From Limnothrix sp. BL-A-16 (GTDB lineage: Bacteria; Cyanobacteriota; Cyanobacteriia; CACIAM-69d), in contig CP166615.1 in NCBI GenBank assembly GCA_041937175.2, positions 2,240,001 to 2,304,000 on the forward strand: 64,000 bases of DNA, in the 5' to 3' direction. The position numbers were made by a program, and so were the translations under genes. Every line of letters starts with the position of its first letter. Position 1 is the first letter of the stretch. This document shows positions 1 through 10,118 of this stretch, piece by piece. The notes beneath the pieces were generated by a model that was not told the origin of the DNA, did not search any database, and saw only the letters and a program-made list of their open reading frames with translations.

Positions 1-148
1 CAACCCCAGCTCGCCCGAAACGTAGAGATTCTTAATTGATCGCAACGACCGGAAAACTCGTCCGCTAAAATTCGGTTGCACGGCCGCCGCGCGATCGCCA
101 GGGCCGCCGTCCTTCCCCCTTGCCTATTTCCTCAAAGGAGCCAGATTC

Positions 149-1615
149 ATGGCGCTGCCCCTCTCCAAATCCCTGACTGATAAACCCCTTTGGCTGCTGG
201 GTGCGGGGGTTGCTGGGGCGTGGCTGGCGCTGGAGGTGTTGAACCAAGCGCTCCATGGGCTGGGCAGTTGGCTGCCGGCCGGAGCCGTGGCCGTGGGCGC
301 GGGCTTGTGGTTAACGCGACGACGATCGCTCCCGGTGGTTCCGGTGACGGAACCGAGCGTGCTCGATCGAGCCGCTGCGGAACGGGCGATCGCCCGGGCC
401 CAAGGTCTGCTGAATTTGGTGGCCGCAGAATTACCCGCATTTTCGGCTCAAGATTGGCAAGCCCAACTCGATCGCCTGACCCAAGATTTAGACCGATCGC
501 GCCTGGCTCTGGCGATTCTGGGGGGCCCCGCCGTTGGTAAATCGGCGTTGGTCAAAGGTTTGGGCGCGGCGGCCCTGGCGATCGACTATCAAGAACTGCC
601 CAGCCTGTTTGTGGGGGGCGAAACTCAAGATCCAACCACCCTGGACTTGGCCCTTAAAGCCGATCGGGCCCTGTTTGTCACAGCAGGCGACCTTACCGAA
701 ACGGAATACGAAATTTTGGAATGGTTGCTGGCCCACGAACAGGCCCCGATCGTGATCTTCAACAAGGCCGATCGCTACCTGCCCGCCGATCGCGACACCG
801 TGTTAACCACCATTCAACATCGGCTCCATGGGCAACTGGCTCCCACCGCCATCATCCCCACCGCCGCCGCGCCGGCCGCGATCAAAGTTCGCAAACATGC
901 GGCCGATGGCACGGTGCAAGAATTCTTGGAACAGCCGGAGCCGGACTTGGGAGCCTTGGTCACCGACTTGCAAAACACGCTCATGGCCGAGGGCAATCGC
1001 TGGCGGTGGCGCACCGCCCTGCGGCGCACTCGGCAAGTCACGGAGCAGTTGCAAACCACCCTCAAAACCGATCGCCGCGATCGGGCCATCGGGGCGATCG
1101 AGCAAAGCCAATGGATCGCCGCCGCCACGGCCTTTGCCAATCCGCTGCCTGGCTTGGACTTGCTGGCCACGGCGGCGATTAATGGCCAATTGGTGATGGA
1201 CTTGGGCCAGATCTATCAGCAACGGTTTTCCCTCGATCGGGCCCAGGCGATCGCCCAAACCCTCGGGGAAGTGATGCTGAAGCTGGGACTGGTGGAACTG
1301 GGCAGCCAGGCGATCGCCACCGCCCTCAAAACCAGCGCCTTCACCTACCTGGCCGGCGGCGCAATTCAGGGTCTGAGTGCGGCCTACCTGACCCGTGTGG
1401 CGGGTCTGAGCCTGGTGGAACTGTTCCAAGCCCATGTGGAAGCGGAATGGGCCGGCCAACCGGAGGGCGAAAACTGGCTCAGCCCCGATCGCCTGAGCAC
1501 CATTCTGCGGCGTGTTTTCGAGCAAACCCGCCAGAGCACCCTCATCCAAACCCTAATCGACCAAGGGCGCGATCGACTGTTTCCCAATGCCGCAACCAGC
1601 GCCGCCCCCAACTAG
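149..1615 (+). CDS. YcjF/DUF697-family membrane protein with degenerate P-loop GTPase domain
   Basis: 488-aa ORF; two N-terminal hydrophobic segments, G1-like GGPAVGKS, G4-like FNKAD, C-terminal 'ANPLPGLDLLATAAINGQLVMDLG' typical of DUF697. Confidence 0.8.
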   Translation: MALPLSKSLTDKPLWLLGAGVAGAWLALEVLNQALHGLGSWLPAGAVAVGAGLWLTRRRSLPVVPVTEPSVLDRAAAERAIARAQGLLNLVAAELPAFSAQDWQAQLDRLTQDLDRSRLALAILGGPAVGKSALVKGLGAAALAIDYQELPSLFVGGETQDPTTLDLALKADRALFVTAGDLTETEYEILEWLLAHEQAPIVIFNKADRYLPADRDTVLTTIQHRLHGQLAPTAIIPTAAAPAAIKVRKHAADGTVQEFLEQPEPDLGALVTDLQNTLMAEGNRWRWRTALRRTRQVTEQLQTTLKTDRRDRAIGAIEQSQWIAAATAFANPLPGLDLLATAAINGQLVMDLGQIYQQRFSLDRAQAIAQTLGEVMLKLGLVELGSQAIATALKTSAFTYLAGGAIQGLSAAYLTRVAGLSLVELFQAHVEAEWAGQPEGENWLSPDRLSTILRRVFEQTRQSTLIQTLIDQGRDRLFPNAATSAAPN

Positions 1616-1787
1616 CGCCTAGACCGATGGACGCATCCTGTTGCTCAACTTTGGTTTAGCCTTCTCTGCCACACAACCTGAAAGCTGAGCAGTTCAGAAA
1701 CCAGCACCCAGAAGCCAACATTCAGAAGCACCGGTTGAAACCCGCCCGGCCCGCTAGGCCCAAATTCGCTACCCAATTGAGAGGCCC

Positions 1788-1825
1788 AAAAAATGGGAAC
1801 GACTGGTTGGCAGTCGTTCCCATTT
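1788..1825 (-). terminator. Intrinsic terminator (possibly bidirectional)
   Basis: Perfect 15-bp stem AAATGGGAACGACTG/CAGTCGTTCCCATTT, 5-nt loop, A-run on the left giving a U-tract on the minus strand; lies between convergent genes. Confidence 0.8.
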
Positions 1826-1951
1826 CATTAATTTAGCTTGATACTCAGCTTGATTGGGCTGGATTCAATGACCGGAATTGAACTCCATTGCTAGGGCTAG
1901 TTGTGGACAGAAAAAACGGGGAATCTCCCCAAAAATATTCCTCCCGTCCTG

Positions 1952-2269
1952 CTACTTGTCCGCGTCCTTCTTATCCGAGTGATTGCGAATTTGCTCCGCT
2001 TCCGGGCATTCTTCCGCTACGGGCAGATCTAAGACACTGCGCCGAGACACCGAAGCAAGCTTGCGCGTCACCGAACCGATACTTTCGAGGCGCACCATTT
2101 CTTCCCAAGCACAGGTTTCGTCGTCCTCTTCGGTTTCGTAGCGCAGGGTCACGAGGTCGCCTTCAATGTCAAGGATTTGTGCGCGCTCGATCCAGCGCTG
2201 CTGATCGCGCAGGAATATGCACACTTCCTGTCCGTCACAGCAGAGCTGATAAATCTTGCGGTGTAGCAT
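1952..2269 (-). CDS. Conserved cyanobacterial hypothetical protein
   Basis: 105-aa ORF starting MLHRKIYQLCCDGQEVCIFLRDQQRWIE, recognisable as a conserved cyanobacterial small protein; AGAAGAGG RBS-like sequence upstream. Confidence 0.8.
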   Translation of the reverse strand: MLHRKIYQLCCDGQEVCIFLRDQQRWIERAQILDIEGDLVTLRYETEEDDETCAWEEMVRLESIGSVTRKLASVSRRSVLDLPVAEECPEAEQIRNHSDKKDADK

Positions 2270-2600
2270 AGCTTGCCTCTTCTAAGGTGGTGAACTGGCC
2301 CCTGCAATTGAGTGGAGTTGCAGTTTCAAAGTGTGATTGGGGGGCAGTGGCTTCACTGGCGCTGCCAAGCAACCATTCAGCGCTAATGACAACCACAGGA
2401 TCGGGGGAATTTGGCCCAGTCGATCCCCAATACAACTTCCATGCTGGCCATAATGGCAATTTGCTTGAGTTGTCGGCTGACGATCGAGCAAGCGGGTCAA
2501 GATTGCTCGATTGCTCTCCCCATTCTAGGCTACGGGGTTAGCTTTCAACGCTCCGGGTGGCCAAGCATCCCTACGCCATATCCTAGCGCTTGGCTGTTCG

Positions 2601-3638
2601 TTAGGACGAGAGACAGGCCAGGATCGTTTCATAGACCGATCGCGCCAGACTATTGAGATCGTAGCCACCCTCCAAACCCAACACCATTCGGCGGCTAATG
2701 CCCAGAAGCGATCGCGTCAGCCATCCATAATCCTCCGGTTGGAGATGAATTTGTGCCAACGGATCGTCGCGATTGGCATCGTACCCCGCGCTAATGATCA
2801 ACAAATCGGGATCAAAGTTCCGCAAGAACGGCAACAATTGCGCCTCAACCAGGGATTGATAGGCGCTGCCGTCGGCTCCGGGGGGCACGGGCAAATTCAA
2901 CAGTTGATAATCCCGATCGGCAATTCCGGGGCGACCCGTACCCGGATAGGCCGGTGATTGGTGAATGGAACAGTAGGCAATTTGGGGATGATCCCGCACG
3001 ATCGCCTCAGTGCCGTTGCCGTGATGCACATCCCAATCCACGATCGCCACCCGCTGTGCCTGGCCCGCCTCCAGGGCCGTTAAGGCCGCGATCGCCGCAT
3101 TCGCAAACAAGCAAAACCCCATCCCCCGATGGCGCAGGGCATGGTGGCCCGGGGGTCGCGCCGCCACAAACACGGGTTGTCCCGTTGCGATCGCCTCGTT
3201 CATGCCATCCAACCAAGCCTGCACAGCCAAACGGGCCACCTCGTAGCTACGGGCAGAAATGGGCGTATCAACCTCCAGTTGCCCACCACCCCGATTGGCC
3301 AGCAATCGCACGTGGTGGATATAGTCCGGTTCGTGGGCCCGCCGCAGGGCTTGGGTGAGCGGATCGATCGGGGCATCGCTGGTGGGTACTGACTGGGGGC
3401 TATGCCAGCGAAGCCGATCGGCAAAGGGAGCCGTTTGCAAGGCCGCCACGATTGCCCTCAGGCGATCGGGTCGTTCCGGGTGGCCCCAGCCCGTGTCATG
3501 CAGCAAAAACTCATCGCTGTAAACGATCGTGACCGTTCCATGGTCGATCGGCCCTGCTGTCACCGGTTGTGCCTCCGCGCCTGCTTCTGTGCGCCCCTCG
3601 GCCCGAACCTCAGTATTTGGGGTTTGCTCACTCAGCAT
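2601..3638 (-). CDS. Histone deacetylase family (Zn-dependent deacetylase/amidohydrolase)
   Basis: Motifs HPERPDR, RPPGHHA, GFCLFAN, DWDVHHGNGT, SAGYDA, LEGGY. Confidence 0.92.
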   Translation of the reverse strand: MLSEQTPNTEVRAEGRTEAGAEAQPVTAGPIDHGTVTIVYSDEFLLHDTGWGHPERPDRLRAIVAALQTAPFADRLRWHSPQSVPTSDAPIDPLTQALRRAHEPDYIHHVRLLANRGGGQLEVDTPISARSYEVARLAVQAWLDGMNEAIATGQPVFVAARPPGHHALRHRGMGFCLFANAAIAALTALEAGQAQRVAIVDWDVHHGNGTEAIVRDHPQIAYCSIHQSPAYPGTGRPGIADRDYQLLNLPVPPGADGSAYQSLVEAQLLPFLRNFDPDLLIISAGYDANRDDPLAQIHLQPEDYGWLTRSLLGISRRMVLGLEGGYDLNSLARSVYETILACLSS

Positions 3639-4870
3639 TCACCATCTCCCCATCACCCAGTAATTTCACGGCAACCTTTTGGTTTTTCATGCCTATTTTT
3701 CTCACAGCCTAGCCAACGCGATTGGTCATGGAGCAAACACCGTTCACTCGTTACGTTAACCTGATTTAAAAATACCCAAAACAAGATCAAATCGATCAGA
3801 TTCTCAATACCCTTTCTCAATACCCTATTTCACCATTAACTAACTTCGCAGATCTATTTCTCATATCAAAAATTTCAACATCTCAACCGCACAGCTTACT
3901 TCAGCCGGTTGAGACTCAATATTCATTTCCTAATGATCTCCACCCGGCAATCATTTTGATGTTACCCAGTCAAGGCGACTGAGTTTCTAAGATGATTGAT
4001 TTGTGGAAATTTCCAAAAATCCATCAAAAATCCGATAAATTCAGAGATTTTCAAGAATATTCAACTCAAATTACGGATCAGTGATCAATTTTTGATTGAT
4101 TACGAAGTTTTAAGCCAATTAACTCTCCTATTAGATCAAGTTGAAACCCCCGTTTAACTATTTCTCTGATTAATTCCTGCTTTGATAGGGAGTCTCAAGA
4201 CATCAATAAATTCAAGCATTAATCAAAATGAATCTTGATTAATCTTAAGATCATATTCAGTTCATCAACCATTTTGCAGAAAGCAAATTTTAATCATATT
4301 TATATCTAAAATAATTTAGATTTTACAGATTGTGATTAGCTCCAAAACATCAACGCAGAGAATTTATGATTTTGATATTCATCTTCATTTGTCTCATATT
4401 GACATCTAGCCGCCTTACGTCTGTCTATCACTACCCCTGAACCATTAATCAGCCTTTTAACCAATGCTTCATTTCCAATCCAGTTTCCTGATTTGGGTGT
4501 GTTTTACCACCAAATAGGTCTCAAAAAATACGGAGATTCAAGGCAAGTTCCTGAAGACTGAGGATTTCAATCAACTTAAGATCCGATTTTTAAGATTTGT
4601 TTGAACTTTGATTGTCAGTAAATCATCTATTAGCGTTAAACTAAGGAGTAGTTAAATTATTTTATAAGCTGTTGAATAAACCCTTTTGGTTACCATAGTC
4701 ACAATTTTTTAGTCACTTTTAATTTTTAATTTCTATTAAAAGAGTGCTGCACGATTCACATTAGTTCATTATTCATTCCTGACTCAGACCATTAAAAATC
4801 GCCTTTTATTCACTTTTGTCAGTTTTTGCCATTGCAGAAACTTTCAGTGTCTACGGAATTTTTGTGATCC

Positions 4871-7399
4871 ATGTCTCAGTCCTCCCGGTTTGCGTTTAAA
4901 TTGCCCCGCACTTTGGGTTCCATTGAAACTTGGGGTTTTGGTTTCAGTGGTTTGTTGCTCTGGCTGGGAACTGCGCCCGCGATGAATGCGGCCTTGGGTC
5001 TTGGCTCCCTGTGGGTCTGGATTCCGGGAGCCGTGATTGGTGTTTTGCTGAATTTGCAGGTCAGGCAGCTCGGAACCCATGACCAGGATCGATCGGGCGG
5101 AACCCCTAACTATGCCACCCAGCTACTCCACAAGTTCCCATTTTTAGCCCGCTACAGTGCGATCGGCTATTGGCTGGGTTGGGTGTCGGTTCCGCCCATG
5201 AATGCCATTATTTTGACTGACTTAATTCAGGTCAATTTAGAACCGCTGGGGGTGGATTGTCCGGTCACGGCCTTTCGCATTTTATTCACTCTCTTGCCTT
5301 ATGTTGTCACCTTCAGCAACTCCCGAACCGTCGGAATTCTCCATGCCTTCTTTGTCATTCCTGCTATTAGCTGCTTATTAGTTTTTTGCCTTCAAGGCTT
5401 TAGTTGGTTGAGCTTTTCGCCTCAAAGTCCAGGGCTGTTTGCACCGGTTCCTTTCAACCTTGATTTCACCGATTGGGCCAAGTGGTTCTTTGTGGCCATT
5501 TATGCGGTCTATGGCTGCGAAACGGCTTCCTCTTTTGTGGCCGACAGTCGCAAGCCCCGCCGCACTTTGGATTGCTTGGTGGCCGCTGCGATCGCGCTAC
5601 CGGTTGTTTATGTCTTGGGATCGTGGTTGTTGGCGCGGTTAGCCATTTCTCCCCGGCTAGGCGACAGTGCCTATTTGCACCTGATCGCGGCAGCGGGGCC
5701 GTTTTGGGGCAGCCTCACCCCCGGCTTGGTGACGTTTTTGATTGCTTCCGGTTGCTTGCTCAGTTCCGCCACGGCCGTTTCCAACTGTCCCCGGGTGCTT
5801 TACCAGTTAGCCCAAGATCGCCATCTTCCGGCCCTGTTTTCGGTGGTTTCGCCGCGCGGAGTTTTGGAGCCGGGCCTGTTGTTCACCTTGGGGGTGAGTT
5901 TGCTCTGTTTGGCTTGGGGCAACGTGTCGCGGGTGGTGATGGTTACCGGAACCGGTTACCTCAGCGCCATGATGGGCATCCATTTGGGGCTGTGGTTGCA
6001 ACGGAAGCGCCCGGAAGTGCGCTGGCCCCGATGGTCGCTGCTGTTTTTGGTCATGGAGGCGATCGTGTTTGTGGTGGGTGGCCTGGCTTGGGGCTGGCAA
6101 GATTGGCTGATTGGCTTGCTGTTGCCGATCGCGGTCACCGCAGCGGCCCAGGGGCTAGGAAACTGCCCGATCGCCCTCTGCCAGCCGGCCTGGTGGAGTC
6201 ACCGCTACCGCCCAAGGCCCATCAACATCCAACGTGACTGGGTGGTGTTTCAGGTCACGGTGCTGATTCTGCTGCTCTGTGGCGCGGTCAGCATTGGTTG
6301 GTTTGCGCGAGCTGGGTTGGATCGATTTTCTTTCGGCAGCCACGGAGCCGTGTTCAGCATTGTGTTAATTACGGTGGCGTTTTTGGGGGTGGCGATCGCC
6401 TGTTGGACGAGCCTGTCCCAAGTGGCCGCCATGACCGAAGCCCGCGATCGACTGGAGCGCACCCTGAGTGAATTACAAAGAACCCAATTGCAACTGGTGC
6501 AGTCCGAAAAAATGTCCAGTTTGGGTCAATTAGTGGCAGGGGTTGCCCATGAGATTAATAACCCAGTGAACTTCATCTACGGCAACCTGGAGCATGTGCG
6601 CACCTACGCTCAGGATCTGTTGAAATTGTTGCAGCTATACACGAAGTACTATCCCGAACCAGTTGCAGAAATTCAGGAGGAACAAGAGGCGATCGAGCTA
6701 GATTTTTTAGAAGAAGATTTGACCAAAATTTTGACTTCCATGAAGGTGGGGAGCGATCGTATTCGGGAGATTGTGTTGTCGCTGCGTAATTTTTCGCGGT
6801 TGGATGAAGCGGAATTAAAGGCCGTGGATTTGCACGAAGGCATTGACAGTACAATCACGATCCTCAAGCACCGTCTCAAAGCAAAGGCCAATCGCCCCAC
6901 GATCGACATTATTCGTGAGTATGGCAATTTGCCCCCGATCGAGTGTTATCCCGGCCAGTTCAATCAGGTGATCATGAACATTCTGAGCAATGCCATTGAT
7001 GCCCTTGAAGAAGCCACCGCCAACCGCGATTATCAAGACTTGCAGGTCCATCGTCAGTGGATTCGGATTCGGACTCGGATTCAAGAAATAGAACTGCCCT
7101 CCACCAATCCCACCGGATCCTCACTGAGTGATAGCAAGCCCAGCACTCGATCTAAATGGTTGGTGGTAGGCATTGCTGATAATGGCCCCGGCATTCCCCC
7201 AGACATCCAACGGCGCATTTTTGACCCCTTTTTCACCACCAAGCCGATCGGGAAAGGAACCGGGATGGGCATGTCCATCAGTTACCAAATTGTTGTGGAA
7301 AAACACCAAGGAAAACTGGAATGCTTTTCGCAGGTGGGTGAAGGAACTGAGTTTTTGATTCAAATTCCCCTGAACCTGGGAGCCAAATACAAAGACTAG
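4871..7399 (+). CDS. APC-family amino acid permease fused to sensor histidine kinase
   Basis: About 520 N-terminal aa multi-TM with APC hallmarks (SGG motif, YAVYGCETAS, PRVLYQLAQD); then QSEKMSSLGQLVAGVAHEINNP (HisKA) and N/G1/F/G2 boxes (NILSNAIDA, DNGPG, FDPFFTTK, GTGMG). Confidence 0.9.
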   Translation: MSQSSRFAFKLPRTLGSIETWGFGFSGLLLWLGTAPAMNAALGLGSLWVWIPGAVIGVLLNLQVRQLGTHDQDRSGGTPNYATQLLHKFPFLARYSAIGYWLGWVSVPPMNAIILTDLIQVNLEPLGVDCPVTAFRILFTLLPYVVTFSNSRTVGILHAFFVIPAISCLLVFCLQGFSWLSFSPQSPGLFAPVPFNLDFTDWAKWFFVAIYAVYGCETASSFVADSRKPRRTLDCLVAAAIALPVVYVLGSWLLARLAISPRLGDSAYLHLIAAAGPFWGSLTPGLVTFLIASGCLLSSATAVSNCPRVLYQLAQDRHLPALFSVVSPRGVLEPGLLFTLGVSLLCLAWGNVSRVVMVTGTGYLSAMMGIHLGLWLQRKRPEVRWPRWSLLFLVMEAIVFVVGGLAWGWQDWLIGLLLPIAVTAAAQGLGNCPIALCQPAWWSHRYRPRPINIQRDWVVFQVTVLILLLCGAVSIGWFARAGLDRFSFGSHGAVFSIVLITVAFLGVAIACWTSLSQVAAMTEARDRLERTLSELQRTQLQLVQSEKMSSLGQLVAGVAHEINNPVNFIYGNLEHVRTYAQDLLKLLQLYTKYYPEPVAEIQEEQEAIELDFLEEDLTKILTSMKVGSDRIREIVLSLRNFSRLDEAELKAVDLHEGIDSTITILKHRLKAKANRPTIDIIREYGNLPPIECYPGQFNQVIMNILSNAIDALEEATANRDYQDLQVHRQWIRIRTRIQEIELPSTNPTGSSLSDSKPSTRSKWLVVGIADNGPGIPPDIQRRIFDPFFTTKPIGKGTGMGMSISYQIVVEKHQGKLECFSQVGEGTEFLIQIPLNLGAKYKD

Positions 7400-7425
7400 G
7401 CACGAATCCAAACCCAAGGCAAGAT

Positions 7426-7600
7426 TAGACCTCTTGCATCAATCAAGACCCTCACCCTAAATCCCTCTCCCAAGTCGGGAGAGGGACTTGAAAATCAACA
7501 ACGAAATCGCCGTTATTCCCGATTTCTGGCTCCCCTTCGCCCCCCTTGGGAGAAGGGGTTGGGGGATGAGGGCTGTTAGCTGATTCGTGCAGGAGGTCTA
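7426..7600. mobile_element. MITE family A (175 bp) carrying CCCTCWCC/GGGAGAGGG-type palindromic repeat
   Basis: Terminal inverted repeats TAGACCTCTTGCATCAATCA vs (revcomp) TAGACCTCCTGCACGAATCA, 17/20 match, TA at both ends; interior CCCTCACCCTAAATCCCTCTCCC..GGGAGAGGG..GGGAGAAGGGGTTGGGGGATGAGGG; no ORF. Confidence 0.75.
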
Positions 7601-7631
7601 TTGTTTCAGGGCCACTAAATCCAGCAGGGGA

Positions 7632-7748
7632 TTAGGGGATGTCGTCATTTTTCAAGGTGATGCTGAAACGGTTGATTTTCCGTGCCCTAGTGGTCGTAAC
7701 AAGGGGCTTAAGCCCCTTGTCCCCCACGATCCGCCAACGGCAGATCTG
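7632..7748 (-). mobile_element. MITE family B, truncated copy
   Basis: Collinear with 22689-22836 from TTAGGGGATGTCGTCA through the palindrome at 7700-7719; similarity lost about 30 bp before the second TIR. Confidence 0.7.
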
Positions 7749-7761
7749 ATGAATTGGGAGA

Positions 7762-9510
7762 TTAATAATTACGAGCCTGGGGTTCAAACAGGCCCAACGT
7801 CACCGGCATATATTGCAGATCAATGCCCGAGGGTGACCAGTAAGCCAACGTGTGTTTGAGATAGTCCTGATCATTGCGATCGGGGTAGTCTTCACGGCAG
7901 TGGGCCCCGCGACTTTCTTGGCGACGTTCAGCGGCGGTCAAAATGGTTTGCCCCACCGTAAAGAGCGATCGCAGCTCCAACGCCTCAATCAGTTCCGTGT
8001 TCCAACAGGTTCCCCGATCGTCCAGCCTCGTGTTTTCAATCCGCTGGGCGATTTCCCGCAGCTTTTCCAGCCCCGTTTGCATCAAGTCCGCTGTCCGAAA
8101 CACCCCGCAATATTGGGTCATCGTGTCTTGGAACTCTTGGCGCACTTGGGCGATCCGCTCTGGCCCTGAGTGCTCCAACAAAGCCTGGATTTGGGCCCGG
8201 GCCTCCGCCAGATAGCGTGATCCGTCCAAGGATGGCAACTTGCGCCCGCTGTCTAAATATTGGGCGATCGCCCGGCCCGTGCGCCGGCCAAACACAATGC
8301 ATTCCAACAGCGAATTACTGCCCAGGCGATTGGCCCCATGCACCGACACACAGGCCGCCTCACCCGCCGCAAAACAAGCTTCCACAAACCCGGCGCTGCT
8401 GCTGCGAACCCGCCCATTCACATCGGTGGGAATGCCGCCCATGGAGTAATGAATCGTTGGGCGCACCGGAATCGGTTCCTCCACCGCATTCACCCCCAGC
8501 AGGCGATGGGCCTCTTCCCAACAAAAGGGAACCCGGCTCATGATCGTTGCTTCGCCCAAATGTCGCAAGTCCAGATGCACAAAGGGGCCGCCCGCGCTGC
8601 CATCGAGATGAATGCCTCGCCCGGCTAGCAGTTCCTTCACGATCGCCCGGGAGGTGATATCCCGAGGGGCCAACTCCATGCGACTGGGGGCATAGTCCGC
8701 CATGAATCGATCGCCCGCCGCATTGCGCAGGTAAGCCCCCTCACCCCGCACCGCCTCCGACACCAACACCCCCACCGGATAAAGCCCCGTGGGATGAAAT
8801 TGCACAAACTCCATATCCTCCAGGGGAATGCCAGCCCGCGCCGCCATGGCCAGCCCATCCCCCGTGGAGGCGTAATCATTGGAGGTGGTGTTGAAGGCGC
8901 GGCCATAACCCCCCGTGGCCAACATCACAGCCCGGGCCCGGGCCAACACTGGCTGGGAATCCCGCAGATTAAACATCACCAGGCCCTTGGCCTCGCCCTC
9001 TTCCACGATCAGGCGCATCACATACCACTCTTCGTAGAGCGTGACCCCCATTCGCTTCAGATTCATCACCAGCTCATGTAAGATGGCATGGCCCGTTTTG
9101 TCGGCCGCGTAGCAAGTGCGCCGATGGGAATGGCCCCCAAAGGCCCGCTGGGCCACGCGACCATCTTCCAAACGCGAGAACAACACCCCCAAACGTTCCA
9201 AGTCCACCACCACTTCCGGGGCTTCTTGGGTGAGGATGGCCACCGCATCTTGATCCGCGAGGTAGTCGGATCCTTTGACCGTATCGAAGGCGTGGGCTTG
9301 CCAGGTGTCTTCGGGATCCACGTTGTTCAACACGGCGGCCATTCCCCCTTGGGCGGCCACAGAGTGCGATCGAATCGGATGGGTTTTGGCCACCAATCCA
9401 ATGCTGAGTTTGGGATTTTGGCGGGCAATTTCCAGGGCTGCCCGACAGCCGGCCAGCCCGCCCCCCACGATCAAAACATCGTGAATTAACTCGTTTAGCG
9501 GCTCATTCAT
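7762..9510 (-). CDS. sdhA: Succinate dehydrogenase/fumarate reductase flavoprotein subunit
   Basis: GGGLAG FAD motif, RSHSVAAQGG covalent-FAD His motif, QFHPTG, SEAVRGEG, HGANRLGSNSL, ESRGAH; start placed at ATG 9510 (MNEPLNELIHDV). Confidence 0.95.
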   Translation of the reverse strand: MNEPLNELIHDVLIVGGGLAGCRAALEIARQNPKLSIGLVAKTHPIRSHSVAAQGGMAAVLNNVDPEDTWQAHAFDTVKGSDYLADQDAVAILTQEAPEVVVDLERLGVLFSRLEDGRVAQRAFGGHSHRRTCYAADKTGHAILHELVMNLKRMGVTLYEEWYVMRLIVEEGEAKGLVMFNLRDSQPVLARARAVMLATGGYGRAFNTTSNDYASTGDGLAMAARAGIPLEDMEFVQFHPTGLYPVGVLVSEAVRGEGAYLRNAAGDRFMADYAPSRMELAPRDITSRAIVKELLAGRGIHLDGSAGGPFVHLDLRHLGEATIMSRVPFCWEEAHRLLGVNAVEEPIPVRPTIHYSMGGIPTDVNGRVRSSSAGFVEACFAAGEAACVSVHGANRLGSNSLLECIVFGRRTGRAIAQYLDSGRKLPSLDGSRYLAEARAQIQALLEHSGPERIAQVRQEFQDTMTQYCGVFRTADLMQTGLEKLREIAQRIENTRLDDRGTCWNTELIEALELRSLFTVGQTILTAAERRQESRGAHCREDYPDRNDQDYLKHTLAYWSPSGIDLQYMPVTLGLFEPQARNY

Positions 9511-9529
9511 GGGCAAGCCCCAACTGTTT

Positions 9530-9832
9530 CTAAAGAGCCTGGGCCGGTTGGGTGGGTTCGTAGCCGCCGTCGGTGGCCAAGTCCGCCGCCGCTTCCACCG
9601 CCACAAATTCGATGTGGTTCAGCAGGGTGGTAACGAAGGCGAACAACAGGAAAGGTAAGGATAGCACCAAAATCAACCCAACCATGGACAGGGCATACAG
9701 GGGCTTGCTGGCTCCCAACAGGGCGATCGCGCTGGCCAAGCTCAGGAAAATCACGATCAACCAAGCCATGATCTGGCCGTAGATGTCTCCAAAGGTCAGG
9801 GTGCAGCGGAACTGATAGCGTTGTGGGTTCAT
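9530..9832 (-). CDS. Small conserved 2-TM membrane protein
   Basis: About 100 aa from MNPQRYQFRCTLTFGDIYGQ, two hydrophobic helices; ends 19 bp before sdhA start. Confidence 0.75.
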   Translation of the reverse strand: MNPQRYQFRCTLTFGDIYGQIMAWLIVIFLSLASAIALLGASKPLYALSMVGLILVLSLPFLLFAFVTTLLNHIEFVAVEAAADLATDGGYEPTQPAQAL

Positions 9833-10118
9833 GGTTCGATTCGATGGCCTGCGGATTGCCAGATTGAACACTATCTCCCCAGCCTAAGGGGGGCTAAATC
9901 GGAGCGTCCATGGTTGTCGATGTTTCTCAACAATTGTTCTCAGATTCGTTTCAAATCCTTGCATTTCTCAAGTTATCTTGACAAGATTCTGGTAACTCTG
10001 AAAACCCTTAAATTTATCGAAAAGCTGAAAATTCCGAATGTTCTGAAAACTCTAGACGTTTTTGAGAATTCCCGAACTGTTTGGAATCTAGAGTTGGAGA
10101 TTTGATGTTGTTGAAGAT

